In this document: positions 10,243 through 20,878 of the stretch, piece by piece
How positions within the stretch are numbered: position 1 is the stretch's first letter
Layout of the letters: each line of letters begins with the position of its first letter
DNA from: Bdellovibrionota bacterium
GTDB taxonomy: Bacteria; Bdellovibrionota_C; UBA2361; CALJRW01
Reading direction: 5' to 3'
DNA: 64,000 nt
NCBI GenBank assembly: GCA_041740355.1
Contig: JBGSMD010000015.1
Coordinates: forward strand, 48,162-112,161
Position numbers and translations under genes: made by a program
The notes under the pieces: generated by a model
Told to the model about the DNA's origin: nothing
Databases searched by the model: none
What the model saw: the letters and a program-made list of their open reading frames with translations, nothing else

Positions 10243-11796
10243 ATGAATAATCTTCATTTAAATAATAAGGCTAATCTCCGATGTCTTAATCAAATAAGCG
10301 TATTCTGTGTATTTTTAATTTCAGCTCTTTTTCTAATCAACATTTCAAACCTCCTCTCAAAAGGTTATGTATTAAGTGGAGACGAATTTCAATATGTTAC
10401 ACAAGCCGATCGCTTTTTAACAAATCAAATAGTCACTGAAAAAAAATATTACCTCCCAGAGATCGATTTCCATGCTTACAAGAACCATAATCATTTTGCC
10501 TCGAAATACCCTCCTGGTTTCTCTGCTTTTCTAGCTCTTGGTAAATTATTTGGCATAGAAACCTGGGTTAATCCCTTATTGGGAGCACTTACGGTAACAT
10601 TATTTTATTGCATTTTGAGGAGATTCATGTCCCTTCAGATGACTTTATTTTCTTCACTACTGCTACTATTAAATCCTATCTTTTGGGGCTATGCACAAAG
10701 CTACTATCCACACACACTAACGCAGGCAATTTTTCTATTAGTGATTTATCTCTTACTACACTGGATCTATAGAGAGAAATGTAATTTTTATAGTTTATTA
10801 ATTTTTGCATTTTGTATTTTAGTGTTAACTCGAATCACTGATTCAATCTGCTTACTGGTTATTGTTGTAATTATATCAATAATCTTTAAAGCTTGGAAAA
10901 TTTTAGCTTATTCTTTCTGCGGATTCATAATTGGTGGATTAATCCTCCTAAACTATAATCACTTAATTTCTGGTATTTATCAGCTTAGTCTATACGGCCA
11001 TAATGATTTTACATTATTAGGTCTATTAAAGGGAAAGTATGAACTACTAAGTTATTTAACTTGGTATTTAGAAGGTTTAAAATTACGAACTGGAGATTTA
11101 TTTCTCAATTGGTATATTGTCTTTAGTGGCTATATCTATCCATTACTTGGGATATTAGGATTGGTAATTGCATTCACTAAGCTTAAGCAATACAAAATTC
11201 TTGTACTTATACTTTGCTTATCTATTATTACGATCACAGTATTTCATAGCTTTGCTCCCTATATGGGCTGGCCATTTTTTGGGGTTCGATATCAATCATT
11301 CTGGGTAATAGCATTTGGTGGATTTGTGGCATTACCAATAATACATTTACCTTCCGGTATTATAAAAAAAATTGCTATTGTGTTTATTGTTTTTTGGCAA
11401 TTATTTGTCTCTTATCAGCAATTTTCTGGATATCGCTTAAGATATCAATACCTTGATGACTTATATGGAAGTATCGCAGAATCCTGTAATGAGAACAACT
11501 TTGCAATTTATAAACGTGACTATCTCTTGTTGCCCTATATGCTTAATTCTGAGCTTGGACGTGCCCCAATTCCTGGTTTAGAAATACCCGCCGTTCCTCT
11601 ATTTAATATCCAAAATAAAAGGATAGCAGTAATAAAAGTAAGAAGTAAAAATTCGGAACGATTTAAAAACCTCAAACAATGCTTCTGGTCGCGTCAAGAT
11701 ACCAAGACATTTATTGCAAAATTTCATAGTGCTCAACAATATTTTTTCGTACCTTTTAAAGGAGATAATAAATCATTTCCTCCACATAAAAAATGA
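10243..11796 (+). CDS. GT-C-fold membrane glycosyltransferase-like protein
   Basis: GDEFQY acidic loop, SKYPPG motif, GVRY late motif, many TM segments. Confidence 0.65.
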   Translation: MNNLHLNNKANLRCLNQISVFCVFLISALFLINISNLLSKGYVLSGDEFQYVTQADRFLTNQIVTEKKYYLPEIDFHAYKNHNHFASKYPPGFSAFLALGKLFGIETWVNPLLGALTVTLFYCILRRFMSLQMTLFSSLLLLLNPIFWGYAQSYYPHTLTQAIFLLVIYLLLHWIYREKCNFYSLLIFAFCILVLTRITDSICLLVIVVIISIIFKAWKILAYSFCGFIIGGLILLNYNHLISGIYQLSLYGHNDFTLLGLLKGKYELLSYLTWYLEGLKLRTGDLFLNWYIVFSGYIYPLLGILGLVIAFTKLKQYKILVLILCLSIITITVFHSFAPYMGWPFFGVRYQSFWVIAFGGFVALPIIHLPSGIIKKIAIVFIVFWQLFVSYQQFSGYRLRYQYLDDLYGSIAESCNENNFAIYKRDYLLLPYMLNSELGRAPIPGLEIPAVPLFNIQNKRIAVIKVRSKNSERFKNLKQCFWSRQDTKTFIAKFHSAQQYFFVPFKGDNKSFPPHKK

Positions 11797-11830
11797 ACAG
11801 GGATAATAATTTTCAAGCTAATTACTTGCT

Positions 11831-13558
11831 TCAGTCTCCCAGCTTTTCTAATTCCACCTTTAAGAAATCCATTAACTCACCAATATAAGTCTCACTAAAA
11901 TCAAACTTAATCCCAGCAGCTTGATAGATCTGAGGAATACTTTGCAATTGCCCTAAAGACAATGCTTTTAAGTATGCAGCTAAGCCTGATTTTTTATCTA
12001 CCTTATAGTTTCTCCAAACAGCAATTGCTCCTAATTGAGCCATTCCATATTCGATATAATAAAATGGAACCTCATATAAATGTAACTGTTTCTGCCAAAG
12101 GTAATTCTTTTGATCAGCTAAGCCGTCCCAATTGGTAATTGTATCACTAAATTCAGACAATATTCTTTCCCAATTCTGCTTACGCTCAATTAAGGAATGA
12201 TTTGGATTTTCATAAATCCAATGTTGATATTTATCGATCAATGCTACCCAAGGTAGTGTGTCAATTAAACTTTCTAAGTGTTCGCGTTTGGCACGCTTTA
12301 ATGTTTCTTGATCTTTAAAAAAGACATCCCAGTGATCCATGGAAATTAATTCCATAGCCATTGAAGCTAACTCGGCAACCTCCGATGGAGTGGATTTGAA
12401 ATCTTGCAATTCTAGATCCTTAGTAACAAAGCTGTGAATAGCATGCCCGCCTTCGTGCATAAACGTAACTAAATCCCGTAACGTCGACGTGGCATTCATA
12501 AAAATAAATGGCACGCCAATTTCAGCAAGAGGATAATTATATCCTCCAGGAGCCTTTCCTGGACGAGATTCCAAATCTAAATGACCGATTTCACGCATCG
12601 TGCCTAAACATTCACCTAAAAACGGATCTATTCTTTTAAAAACTTCAATCCCTTTGGTGGTTAAATCTTGGCCATCGGTAAACGCCTTTAAGGCCTCGCG
12701 TCCTTCTAGATCAACAATTTTATCCCATGGTCGCAACTCACTTAATCCTAATTTCTTTTGACGATTACTAGCAAAGAAATTTAAAAGTGGCACTACTCGG
12801 GTAGAAATCGCTTGGTGAAATTTAAAACAATCATCAGGGGTATAATCAAATCGTGCTAAAGCTTTAAATTTATAATCACGGAAGTTAGCAAAGCCAGCAT
12901 TTTCCGCAATCTGCTGACGAAGAGTAACTAACTTTGAAAATAGTAAATCTAATTCTTGTCGATCCACCAACCTCCGTTCTGAAATTTGCCTATAAACGTT
13001 CTCTCTCATTTCCCTATCAAGATCCATCAATAAGACACCCGCCTGAGGCATCGTCATAGTCTTTCCATCAATCTCCACTACCATTGCCCCAATCAATTGT
13101 CCGTATTTTTGAGCTTCCGTAGTTATATCAGTAAACAGAGGAATGTTTTTATCACGAAAAATTTCAATTTCATTTTTAATATTACGAACCAAAAGATCAT
13201 AGCCCGGAAATTTTGATAGCTGATCAATAAATTGGGATTCAACACATTTCTTATTTAAAGCATCTGAGTATGGGGCAATTTCTGGTTGTATCTGCTCTAC
13301 GAAATATTGATAACTTTCCCGATAAGCTTTATCTTCTGTGAAACAGGTCATCTTTATGTAACGCCAGGCAAAGTCTTCAGATATTACCGACTCTAGTTCA
13401 CTACGATCTTGAAACCATCTTCTTAACATTTCTAATGATGAAATTTCTCTTGTAGTTAAAAGATCAAAATATTGTTTTAATTCAACCCAGGTTGTAATCT
13501 TAAAATCTTTTGGCAAATATTTACGTTCCGGCGTTTTAATAGTTCTTTGGTCAGACAT
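11831..13558 (-). CDS. pepF: M3-family oligoendopeptidase F
   Basis: HEGGH zinc motif, GKAPGGY, EVAELAS, PFYYIEY. Confidence 0.9.
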   Translation of the reverse strand: MSDQRTIKTPERKYLPKDFKITTWVELKQYFDLLTTREISSLEMLRRWFQDRSELESVISEDFAWRYIKMTCFTEDKAYRESYQYFVEQIQPEIAPYSDALNKKCVESQFIDQLSKFPGYDLLVRNIKNEIEIFRDKNIPLFTDITTEAQKYGQLIGAMVVEIDGKTMTMPQAGVLLMDLDREMRENVYRQISERRLVDRQELDLLFSKLVTLRQQIAENAGFANFRDYKFKALARFDYTPDDCFKFHQAISTRVVPLLNFFASNRQKKLGLSELRPWDKIVDLEGREALKAFTDGQDLTTKGIEVFKRIDPFLGECLGTMREIGHLDLESRPGKAPGGYNYPLAEIGVPFIFMNATSTLRDLVTFMHEGGHAIHSFVTKDLELQDFKSTPSEVAELASMAMELISMDHWDVFFKDQETLKRAKREHLESLIDTLPWVALIDKYQHWIYENPNHSLIERKQNWERILSEFSDTITNWDGLADQKNYLWQKQLHLYEVPFYYIEYGMAQLGAIAVWRNYKVDKKSGLAAYLKALSLGQLQSIPQIYQAAGIKFDFSETYIGELMDFLKVELEKLGD

Positions 13559-13596
13559 AGAAAGTTCTTAAAAATTGAATTTAGCTTTGTGGAGAT

Positions 13597-13743
13597 TATA
13601 GTTATGACAAAAACTAATATCCGAATATTCAAAAGTTAGTTTTGTGATTTTTGTCATAACCGTATGATTTTATAACGCTTGTGGGGGATAGTAAGCCCCA
13701 GCAAGTAATTCCTATTGGAAATTACTTGCTGAACTTACTATAT
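13597..13743 (-). repeat. Dispersed double-hairpin repeat, copy 2 (inverted relative to copy 1)
   Basis: Reverse complement of 2598-2743 with scattered substitutions. Confidence 0.9.
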
Positions 13744-13936
13744 TATCAAATCTAATCACCGCAGATGCTAGCTGATTTTAATATTTTGCAAAAGCCAGCG
13801 AGATACATTAAGTGCCAAGCACTTAAGCAGACCTTAGGGGATCACGCAGGGGTAAATGTTAACTAAATAAGGACTGGCAGTCCAAAAAAAATATTTAGCT
13901 GCCCTAGAAAATATCATTCTTAAAAAACATTCAACT

Positions 13937-14869
13937 TTATTCTTTTTGCTTTCTGGAACGCCAGCCATAATCATCTACTGGCTCAACATGAATTAAAACC
14001 TTGGTAATTTGTGGTAATTTCCCCTGAATAGTATCGACAACATTGTGGGCAATTTCATGCCCTTTTCGGATAGAAAATTCTGGATCACAGAGGATATCTA
14101 AATCAACATAGTAGTCAAAGCCTACTTTTCGCACATAGCCCTGATCCGTTCCAAGAACATCTTCCACGGATTCTGCAATCTGGCGAATCTCAATTAAAAG
14201 TCGAGGGTCAGGTGCCGTATCGATCAATTCAAACAGTGCCGGTTTTAAAACTATGAAAGCGTTAATAGAAATAATACCAGCTGCTAATAATGCAGCAAAA
14301 TCATCCGCCATTTCGTAACCTGGCCCTCCAATAATTGCAATCGAAATTCCAATAAAAGCTGCCAGAGATGTAATCGCATCACTTCGATGATGCCAAGCAT
14401 CAGATTTAACCACTAAGCTCTCCATCTCGTTTCCGACTTTAATTACATAGCGAAATAATGTTTCTTTAATAGCAATTACCGCAACTAAGACAATCAAAGT
14501 AAATGATGCCGGTGATTGATGTGGAGTATTAATTGCCTGAATACTTTCAACTGCAATCAAGATAGCTGCGGCAATTAAACTTAAAGCAACTAGAACTGAA
14601 GCTAATGGTTCAATCTTACCATGACCATAGGGATGGTTCCGATCCGCTGGTTTAACAGCAAGAATTAAGCCAAGCAAAACAATCAGAGAACTAAACACGT
14701 CTGCTAGTGATTCAATAGCATCCGCAATCAAGGCATAGGAGTTTCCAAAAATACCTGCTAATGCTTTGACAAAAGCCAGACAGGCATTTACAGCTATTCC
14801 AATGAAGGTACTTTTTATTCCAGCCTTGGTGGCAAGTTGTGCTTTTGTCTTTGTGATTGGCTGATTCAT
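13937..14869 (-). CDS. Cation diffusion facilitator (FieF-like) transporter
   Basis: ALIADAIES, HPYGHGK, DAWHHRSD, IHVEP motifs. Confidence 0.92.
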   Translation of the reverse strand: MNQPITKTKAQLATKAGIKSTFIGIAVNACLAFVKALAGIFGNSYALIADAIESLADVFSSLIVLLGLILAVKPADRNHPYGHGKIEPLASVLVALSLIAAAILIAVESIQAINTPHQSPASFTLIVLVAVIAIKETLFRYVIKVGNEMESLVVKSDAWHHRSDAITSLAAFIGISIAIIGGPGYEMADDFAALLAAGIISINAFIVLKPALFELIDTAPDPRLLIEIRQIAESVEDVLGTDQGYVRKVGFDYYVDLDILCDPEFSIRKGHEIAHNVVDTIQGKLPQITKVLIHVEPVDDYGWRSRKQKE

Positions 14870-14905
14870 ATGAAGTTACTATACTGAAGAAAGGGACAAG
14901 TCGTC

Positions 14906-15087
14906 AAAAGTAATTTCCACAGGAAATTACTTTTTGTCATAATCATAATCATGGCGATTTTGCTTTCGATAGTAAATCTAAGACAGAATATTCGAAAAAA
15001 TTTTGAAAAGCCTGTTGGCTTAACTATAATAGTTTTTTTAGGAATTTGAACTGGATATCCGACACCGCTAAAGCTTTGGCGTGACAG
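14906..15087 (+). repeat. Degenerate composite of both repeat families
   Basis: AAAAGTAATTTCC-ACA-GGAAATTACTTTT hairpin core running into TTTTTGTCATAA, then a GATAGTAAA arm and the 30-bp REP-like TCCGACACCGCTAAAGCTTTGGCGTGACAG. Confidence 0.6.
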
Positions 15088-15162
15088 TATTTCAAGATTT
15101 AAGGTAAAGCTCGAGTCTCAAAAAATAATTCCCCTTAGGATAAACCTTGTTTAGATTCGCTA

Positions 15163-17424
15163 TTAATAAAATTGGAAAATTAGTTGATCTTCTTCACAGT
15201 CAATCTTAACTTCTCCGCCTTTTTTAAGTTTCCCAAAAAGTATCTCATCAGCTAGTGCATCCTTAATCTCTTTTTGAATTAAGCGACGCATTGGGCGAGC
15301 CCCAAGTTGTAGATCGAAACCTTTGCCCGCTAGGTACTTGCGAGCTTGGGCACTTAAATGTAATTTAATTTTCTTCTCAATTAATTTAATTGCCAAGTCC
15401 GCAACAAACTTATCCACAATATGTAAGACAACCTCTGTTGGTAAGGCTTGGAAGTAGATAGTTTCATCTAGTCTATTTCTAAATTCAGGACGAAACATTT
15501 GCTTTACGGCCTGTTCTCTTTTTGAATTAAATTGCGAATTACCAAAACCAAGAGCATTTGAACTTTCTGACCCAACATTGCTGGTCATAATTAAAATACA
15601 ATTTCTAAAATCAGCTTTGCGACCTTGCGCATCAGTTAATGTTGCATCATCCATAATTTGTAAGAGGATATTAAAGACATCATAATGTGCTTTTTCAATC
15701 TCATCTAATAAAATTACAGCGTATGGTTGTTTGCGGACCAAATCGGTTAATATCCCACCTTCATCATAACCAACATATCCCGGAGGAGCCCCAACAAGCC
15801 TAGCAACTGCATGCTTTTCCATGTATTCACTCATATCAAAACGCTGAAATGGAACTTTCAGAACATTTGCTAATTCTTTTGCTAATTCAGTTTTTCCGAC
15901 ACCTGTAGGTCCAGCAAACAAAAATGACCCGATTGGTTTGCGATCGTCTTGTAAACTTGCACGGCTCCGTTTTATTGCTTTACAAACTGCATCAACTGCA
16001 TCGTTTTGCCCAAAGACTCGTTCTTTTAAACAAATTTCAATATTAGCTAAATGATCAGAATCTTGATCGTCTGGAACATCAACTGGAACGCCAGCAATCA
16101 TCGAAACAACACTGGCAATTTCTTTTTCGCCAATAATTGCCCTACGTTTCTTCAGTGGTAACAAATTATTATTAGCGGCCGCTTCATCTAAAACATCAAT
16201 TGCCTTATCAGGTAAAAAACGATCATTAATATGTTTAGCAGAAAGTTTGGCTGCCGCTTCAATTGCTACCTCACTAAATCTTACATTATGATATTCCTCG
16301 AAATGCTTCTTCAGGCCCTTTAAAATCTCGACTGTTTCGGGAACACTGGGCTCCTTTAAATTAATCTTTGAAAATCTACGATTTAATGCTCGGTCTTTCT
16401 CGAAGCTTTTTTTAAACTCATCATGTGTAGTACTACCGATACATCGCAAAATACCCTTGGCTAAAGCAGGTTTTAATAAATTTGCAGCATCAAGTGAACC
16501 AGCGCCAGTTGAACCAGCGCCAACTAAAGTATGAATTTCATCAATAAATAGAATCGGGTTTGGTAGCTCGGACAGATCTTTTAAGATCATCTGCAATCGC
16601 TCTTCTAATTCCCCACGAAATTTTGTCCCGGCAATTAAAGTTCCAACTTCTAAAACAAAAAGCTCTGACTTTTTCAAAACATCAGGAACCTCACCGCGAA
16701 TAATTTTCTGCGCTAATCCCGCCGCCATGGCAGTTTTGCCAACACCAGGGTCTCCGATTAAAACTGGATTGTTTTTTTGCCTACGGCTTAGAATTTGAAT
16801 CATTCGTTGAATTTCTGAATCTCTTCCGATTACCGGATCCAATTCACCTTTCTTTGCTGCATCAGTTAGGTTCTCGGTGTAAAGTTGCAAATACTTACCT
16901 GCTGATTTTTCTTGTTTCTTATTTTTTTCCCGCACGATCAACTGCTTATCAGAATTATCAAATAATGGCAGTTTACTAATTCCATGAGTAATATAATGGA
17001 TTAAAGCAATCTTAGTTAATCCTTGTTTCTTTAAATAATATGCCGCATGTGAATCTGGCTCATCTAAAATTTGAACAAGTACTTCTTTCTCGGTAACTAA
17101 AGTTTTTCCGGCAGCCCGCATTTGGATAATTGCCCGCTCTAAAACATTCTGTACTGCTGTTGTTTGAATTGGAGCAATCTCCTCAACTTCTAATTCTTTT
17201 AGATCATTTCCAATAATTACAGTTTCAATGTTTTCATCAAAATATTTTTCTAAATCTGCTTTTAAGCTATCTACATCCCCACCTGCTTGAATAATAATAT
17301 CACGTACATTATCATTGTGAATCAGGGCAAACAAAATATGCTCTAAACAAAAGTACTGGTGCTTTCGACTGGAAGCCTCCTTGTAGGCTGCTTCTAACAA
17401 GTATGCAAATTCAGTACTAAACAT
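15163..17424 (-). CDS. clpA: ATP-dependent Clp protease ATP-binding subunit ClpA
   Basis: Two AAA+ modules (GDPGVGKT, GPTGVGKT), no ClpB middle domain, LGF loop, directly downstream of clpS. Confidence 0.95.
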   Translation of the reverse strand: MFSTEFAYLLEAAYKEASSRKHQYFCLEHILFALIHNDNVRDIIIQAGGDVDSLKADLEKYFDENIETVIIGNDLKELEVEEIAPIQTTAVQNVLERAIIQMRAAGKTLVTEKEVLVQILDEPDSHAAYYLKKQGLTKIALIHYITHGISKLPLFDNSDKQLIVREKNKKQEKSAGKYLQLYTENLTDAAKKGELDPVIGRDSEIQRMIQILSRRQKNNPVLIGDPGVGKTAMAAGLAQKIIRGEVPDVLKKSELFVLEVGTLIAGTKFRGELEERLQMILKDLSELPNPILFIDEIHTLVGAGSTGAGSLDAANLLKPALAKGILRCIGSTTHDEFKKSFEKDRALNRRFSKINLKEPSVPETVEILKGLKKHFEEYHNVRFSEVAIEAAAKLSAKHINDRFLPDKAIDVLDEAAANNNLLPLKKRRAIIGEKEIASVVSMIAGVPVDVPDDQDSDHLANIEICLKERVFGQNDAVDAVCKAIKRSRASLQDDRKPIGSFLFAGPTGVGKTELAKELANVLKVPFQRFDMSEYMEKHAVARLVGAPPGYVGYDEGGILTDLVRKQPYAVILLDEIEKAHYDVFNILLQIMDDATLTDAQGRKADFRNCILIMTSNVGSESSNALGFGNSQFNSKREQAVKQMFRPEFRNRLDETIYFQALPTEVVLHIVDKFVADLAIKLIEKKIKLHLSAQARKYLAGKGFDLQLGARPMRRLIQKEIKDALADEILFGKLKKGGEVKIDCEEDQLIFQFY

Positions 17425-17748
17425 TTAAACTTCCTCCATTTTTGCTTTTAAAGGATAATCATGTGCCTCAGCCATGAAGTGTACTTGGCGAACTTTTGTA
17501 TCGGCAATCTCTCTAGCATAAATCCCACAGAGCCCCTGCCCCTCTTTGTGAATTTTCATCATAATTTGAACAGCTTCAGACGGATTCTTATTAAAAATTG
17601 TTTCTAAAACATCCACTACAAAATCCATGCTGGTATAGTCGTCGTTTAATAATAAAACCTTAAACATTTTTGGCTCTACCAAGTCAATTTTGTCAATGAC
17701 GGCAACCTCACCATCAAAGTCAGTCTTTGTTTTTGTCTTATTTCCCAT
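17425..17748 (-). CDS. clpS: Clp protease adaptor ClpS
   Basis: LLNDDYTSMDFV, IMMKIHKEG, YPLK motifs. Confidence 0.96.
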   Translation of the reverse strand: MGNKTKTKTDFDGEVAVIDKIDLVEPKMFKVLLLNDDYTSMDFVVDVLETIFNKNPSEAVQIMMKIHKEGQGLCGIYAREIADTKVRQVHFMAEAHDYPLKAKMEEV

Positions 17749-17912
17749 TTTTCCTATTCTAAGAGAGTCGGCGTTCGAGCGAAAGCCCTTTGCTAGTTTA
17801 GCTGTATCATATCTGACTAGGATAATTTACACTTAAGCTTATTAATACTATCATAATTTACAAAATATTTGAATCAAGTATTCCAATAACATTAACAATT
17901 AAACCCTAAGAT

Positions 17913-18548
17913 ATGTCTTGTTTGCAATGTGGAATGGAATCCCTACCAGGCTCCAAGATATGTTTAAATTGTGCGGAAGCGAGCATTAAAAATTATCAAC
18001 TTTCTAATAGCTCAATTAAACTCGCAACTATTGGCCAGCGTGCCTCGGCACTAACGGTGGAAAGTTTAATTTGGATGGTAATCATCGGAATTGTGGTTTA
18101 CTTTGTACTCTCTATAAATCTCAGTCCGCATCTACCGATGCTGGAACAACTTGGAAATCTAATTTTAACACCCAAAAAGGATCTATTAATTAAAATTGCA
18201 ATTCAACTAGTAGTTGGTATTAATCTTTTATCTATTATTTACATAGGTTTAATGTTTCAATATTTTGGAACAACTATTGGTAAACTTTGTCTTGGAATTA
18301 CAATTATTAATCAAAAATCTGGTAAAAAACTAAATCTTCTTAATGGCATATTGCGTGATTGGGTCTGTAAATCTGGCTTAAACTTATTAGCCATGATTGC
18401 TACCTTTTATGCTTCTGCCTCAATTTCATCTTCCCTCTCCATATTAGTTACGCTAATTTCGATTGTGCAATACCTAACACCATTTATTGATCCTGACAAA
18501 AAAGCATTACATGATTATGTTGCAGGAACAATTGTTATCGAAAACTAA
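17913..18548 (+). CDS. RDD-family membrane protein with N-terminal zinc ribbon
   Basis: CxxC...CxxC, then ATIGQRA, TIGK, LHDYVAGT. Confidence 0.8.
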   Translation: MSCLQCGMESLPGSKICLNCAEASIKNYQLSNSSIKLATIGQRASALTVESLIWMVIIGIVVYFVLSINLSPHLPMLEQLGNLILTPKKDLLIKIAIQLVVGINLLSIIYIGLMFQYFGTTIGKLCLGITIINQKSGKKLNLLNGILRDWVCKSGLNLLAMIATFYASASISSSLSILVTLISIVQYLTPFIDPDKKALHDYVAGTIVIEN

Positions 18549-18568
18549 GGGAAGTAATTAATGAATTC

Positions 18569-18704
18569 GATAGTAAACCTATATAGTTTAATACTATTTT
18601 AAATTTCGCTTAGGTTTACCATCTCTATTTTTTTATAGGCATTTAACCTGGACGCCTCTTTTCCGACTTATTCGCCGTAATTTCAGCGAAGGTGGAAATC
18701 CAGG
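18569..18704. repeat. Degenerate palindromic repeat module
   Basis: GATAGTAAACCTA / TAGGTTTACCATC inverted arms plus the 30-bp REP-like unit at 18667-18696 on the minus strand. Confidence 0.55.
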
Positions 18705-18728
18705 ATTTGAAAAGCCCATCAACTTACT

Positions 18729-19361
18729 ATGGCTATTATCGCATTTCCGCCGCTAGAAACTGCTGACGAGCATGGGCTCTTAGCATTTGGTGGCGACCTA
18801 GAGATCGAATCCCTTTTGCTTGCCTATCAAAGTGGAATCTTCCCCTGGCCCCATGATCAGTTTGAACTTCTCTGGTTTGCTCCACCAATTCGGGCAATAT
18901 TAGAAGTGGAAAATTTTCATATTAGTAAAAGCTTGTGCCGAGTTATCAACAAACAGAATTATCAGTTTTATAAAAACAAAGACTTTGCTTCTGTGATTAG
19001 TAACTGCGCCAGAGTCCCTCGTGCCGGGCAACCTGGAACCTGGATTACAAAACGAATGATCAAAGCTTACATTGATTTACATTTAGCAGGCTATGCTGAT
19101 TCTTTTGAGATTTATCAAGACTCAAAACTTGTGGGCGGAGTCTATGGTGTCCGAATCAAAAATTATTTTGCTGCGGAATCTATGTTTCACCTGACTGACA
19201 ATGCTTCTAAATTAGCCCTATATCATTTAGTAGCAGATTTAAAATCCCATCAAATACCTTGGTTTGATTGCCAAGTTCAAAATCCGTTTTTGGAAAAAAT
19301 GGGAGTTACAGAATTGTTACGTGACGATTTTTTAGTTAAACTTTGCCAACAACTTCGTTAA
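18729..19361 (+). CDS. aat: Leucyl/phenylalanyl-tRNA--protein transferase
   Basis: GLLAFGGDL, AYQSGIFPW, TWIT, GGVYGV, ESMFH, NASK, DCQ. Confidence 0.95.
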   Translation: MAIIAFPPLETADEHGLLAFGGDLEIESLLLAYQSGIFPWPHDQFELLWFAPPIRAILEVENFHISKSLCRVINKQNYQFYKNKDFASVISNCARVPRAGQPGTWITKRMIKAYIDLHLAGYADSFEIYQDSKLVGGVYGVRIKNYFAAESMFHLTDNASKLALYHLVADLKSHQIPWFDCQVQNPFLEKMGVTELLRDDFLVKLCQQLR

Positions 19362-20171
19362 TTATTTGGGAATCGGATTAGCGATGGACACCAGTCTTTG
19401 TGCGACTGGGATGGTAATACCATTCTTATCAAAACTTGTTTTCACTTTCTCCACTAAATCAAAATAGAAATCCCAATAATCTCCATTTAAAACCCAAGTA
19501 CGTACATGAATGTTAACCGCACTTTCCGAAAGTTGCCCGACTATTATTTGATTGTTTAGATCTTTGATAACACGCGAATCACTACTAACTAACTCCTGCA
19601 AAAGATTCTTAGCAATACTAATATCATCTTGATATGAGATACTAAATGTTAGATCTACACGTCTGGTGTCCTGCGTAGTAAAATTTACCAAAGCTTGATT
19701 TGATAATTGCGCATTGGGAATAACAACTGTTTTATTATCGGGAGTAGTTAAAATTGTATTAAAAATCTGAATCTCCCTCACGGTACCACCTAAAGCTTGA
19801 GCTTCAATGTAATCACCGACCTTAAATGGCTTAAACGCTAGGATCACTAATCCACCAGCAAAGTTCTGCAAAGTTCCCGAGAGCGCCATACCAATTGCTA
19901 CACCTGCACCTCCAAGCAACGCCACTAAGGAAGTCATTTCAACTCCTAATGTTCCAACTGCGATTAGAACCAACATCCCCTTAAGTCCAAAGTCAGAGAG
20001 ATTAAGTAAGAAGCCTTTAAGCGAAGGTTCTAATTTGGACCGATCAAAAAACTTAGCAAATACTTTATTTACAACCTTAATTACTTGCCAACCAATTAGC
20101 AGGATTAAGAGAGTAAAAAATGTTCGTAAAAGGTAAGGGGTTATTATTGTTGTAATCTGATCTAAATTCAT
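19362..20171 (-). CDS. mscS: Small-conductance mechanosensitive channel
   Basis: GVAIGMALSGTLQNFAGG, PFKVGD, IPN motifs. Confidence 0.93.
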   Translation of the reverse strand: MNLDQITTIITPYLLRTFFTLLILLIGWQVIKVVNKVFAKFFDRSKLEPSLKGFLLNLSDFGLKGMLVLIAVGTLGVEMTSLVALLGGAGVAIGMALSGTLQNFAGGLVILAFKPFKVGDYIEAQALGGTVREIQIFNTILTTPDNKTVVIPNAQLSNQALVNFTTQDTRRVDLTFSISYQDDISIAKNLLQELVSSDSRVIKDLNNQIIVGQLSESAVNIHVRTWVLNGDYWDFYFDLVEKVKTSFDKNGITIPVAQRLVSIANPIPK

Positions 20172-20270
20172 GGAAGTTATTAAAGTAAGTCTTAGGAATC
20201 TTATTCTACAATACTTAACTGGTATACTTATTTTCTTACTTTGTCTCTATTTTTATTGGACTTTGCACAT

Positions 20271-20299
20271 TTGCATTAATTCTCAACATATTTTAAATT
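20271..20299 (+). promoter_or_regulatory. Putative sigma70 promoter for tRNA-Ala
   Basis: TTGCAT-N17-TAAATT ending 17 bp before the tRNA. Confidence 0.4.
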
Positions 20300-20316
20300 C
20301 GCATTCCAAATGTTTT

Positions 20317-20389
<73 letters not shown>

Positions 20390-20471
20390 TTCGACTCGCG
20401 CAAAAGCGCTCGCTCATGGCAAGCCATGTTTACGAGGAGAATGCCCTGAGCGACCAAAGGGAGTCGAAGGG
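20390..20471. repeat. GC-rich REP-like imperfect palindrome directly after the tRNA
   Basis: TTCGACTC...GAGTCGAA and TCGCTCATGGCA...TGCCCTGAGCGA arms. Confidence 0.7.
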
Positions 20472-20481
20472 CAATATAAAT

Positions 20482-20748
20482 CTAACTATTCTTTAACCGC
20501 CTCAAATCTCCAACAATCAAAGCATCTTTTTTCTTCCTCGACCATCTTTTAAGTTGCGCTTCTCTCTTTAAGGCTTCTAACTTTGTAGAAAACATTTCAA
20601 CGTATACAACTTCCCAAGGTTTATAACGAAAGGTATGGTTTGACTTCCCAGAATTATGCTCCACCATCCTCCTTCGCAAATCTTTTGTTAATCCAACATA
20701 GATTTGAGACGGGTCTGAAATACTTCTTAAAATATAAACATAAGTCAC
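20482..20748 (-). CDS. Small GIY-YIG nuclease (UPF0213-like)
   Basis: YVYIL...YVGLT..L..R...HN.G and ALKREAQLKRWSRKKK. Confidence 0.9.
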   Translation of the reverse strand: MTYVYILRSISDPSQIYVGLTKDLRRRMVEHNSGKSNHTFRYKPWEVVYVEMFSTKLEALKREAQLKRWSRKKKDALIVGDLRRLKNS

Positions 20749-20878
20749 CTGAACTTATCGATGAAGAACAAGAATTGTTGTGTATTGTATAACCTTAGAT
20801 AATTTGTAAAGTTTCCCTACACTTTCTATAGATTCATTTAATAAAATTATCCTATAATATATCAAAAAGAGACTAGCA

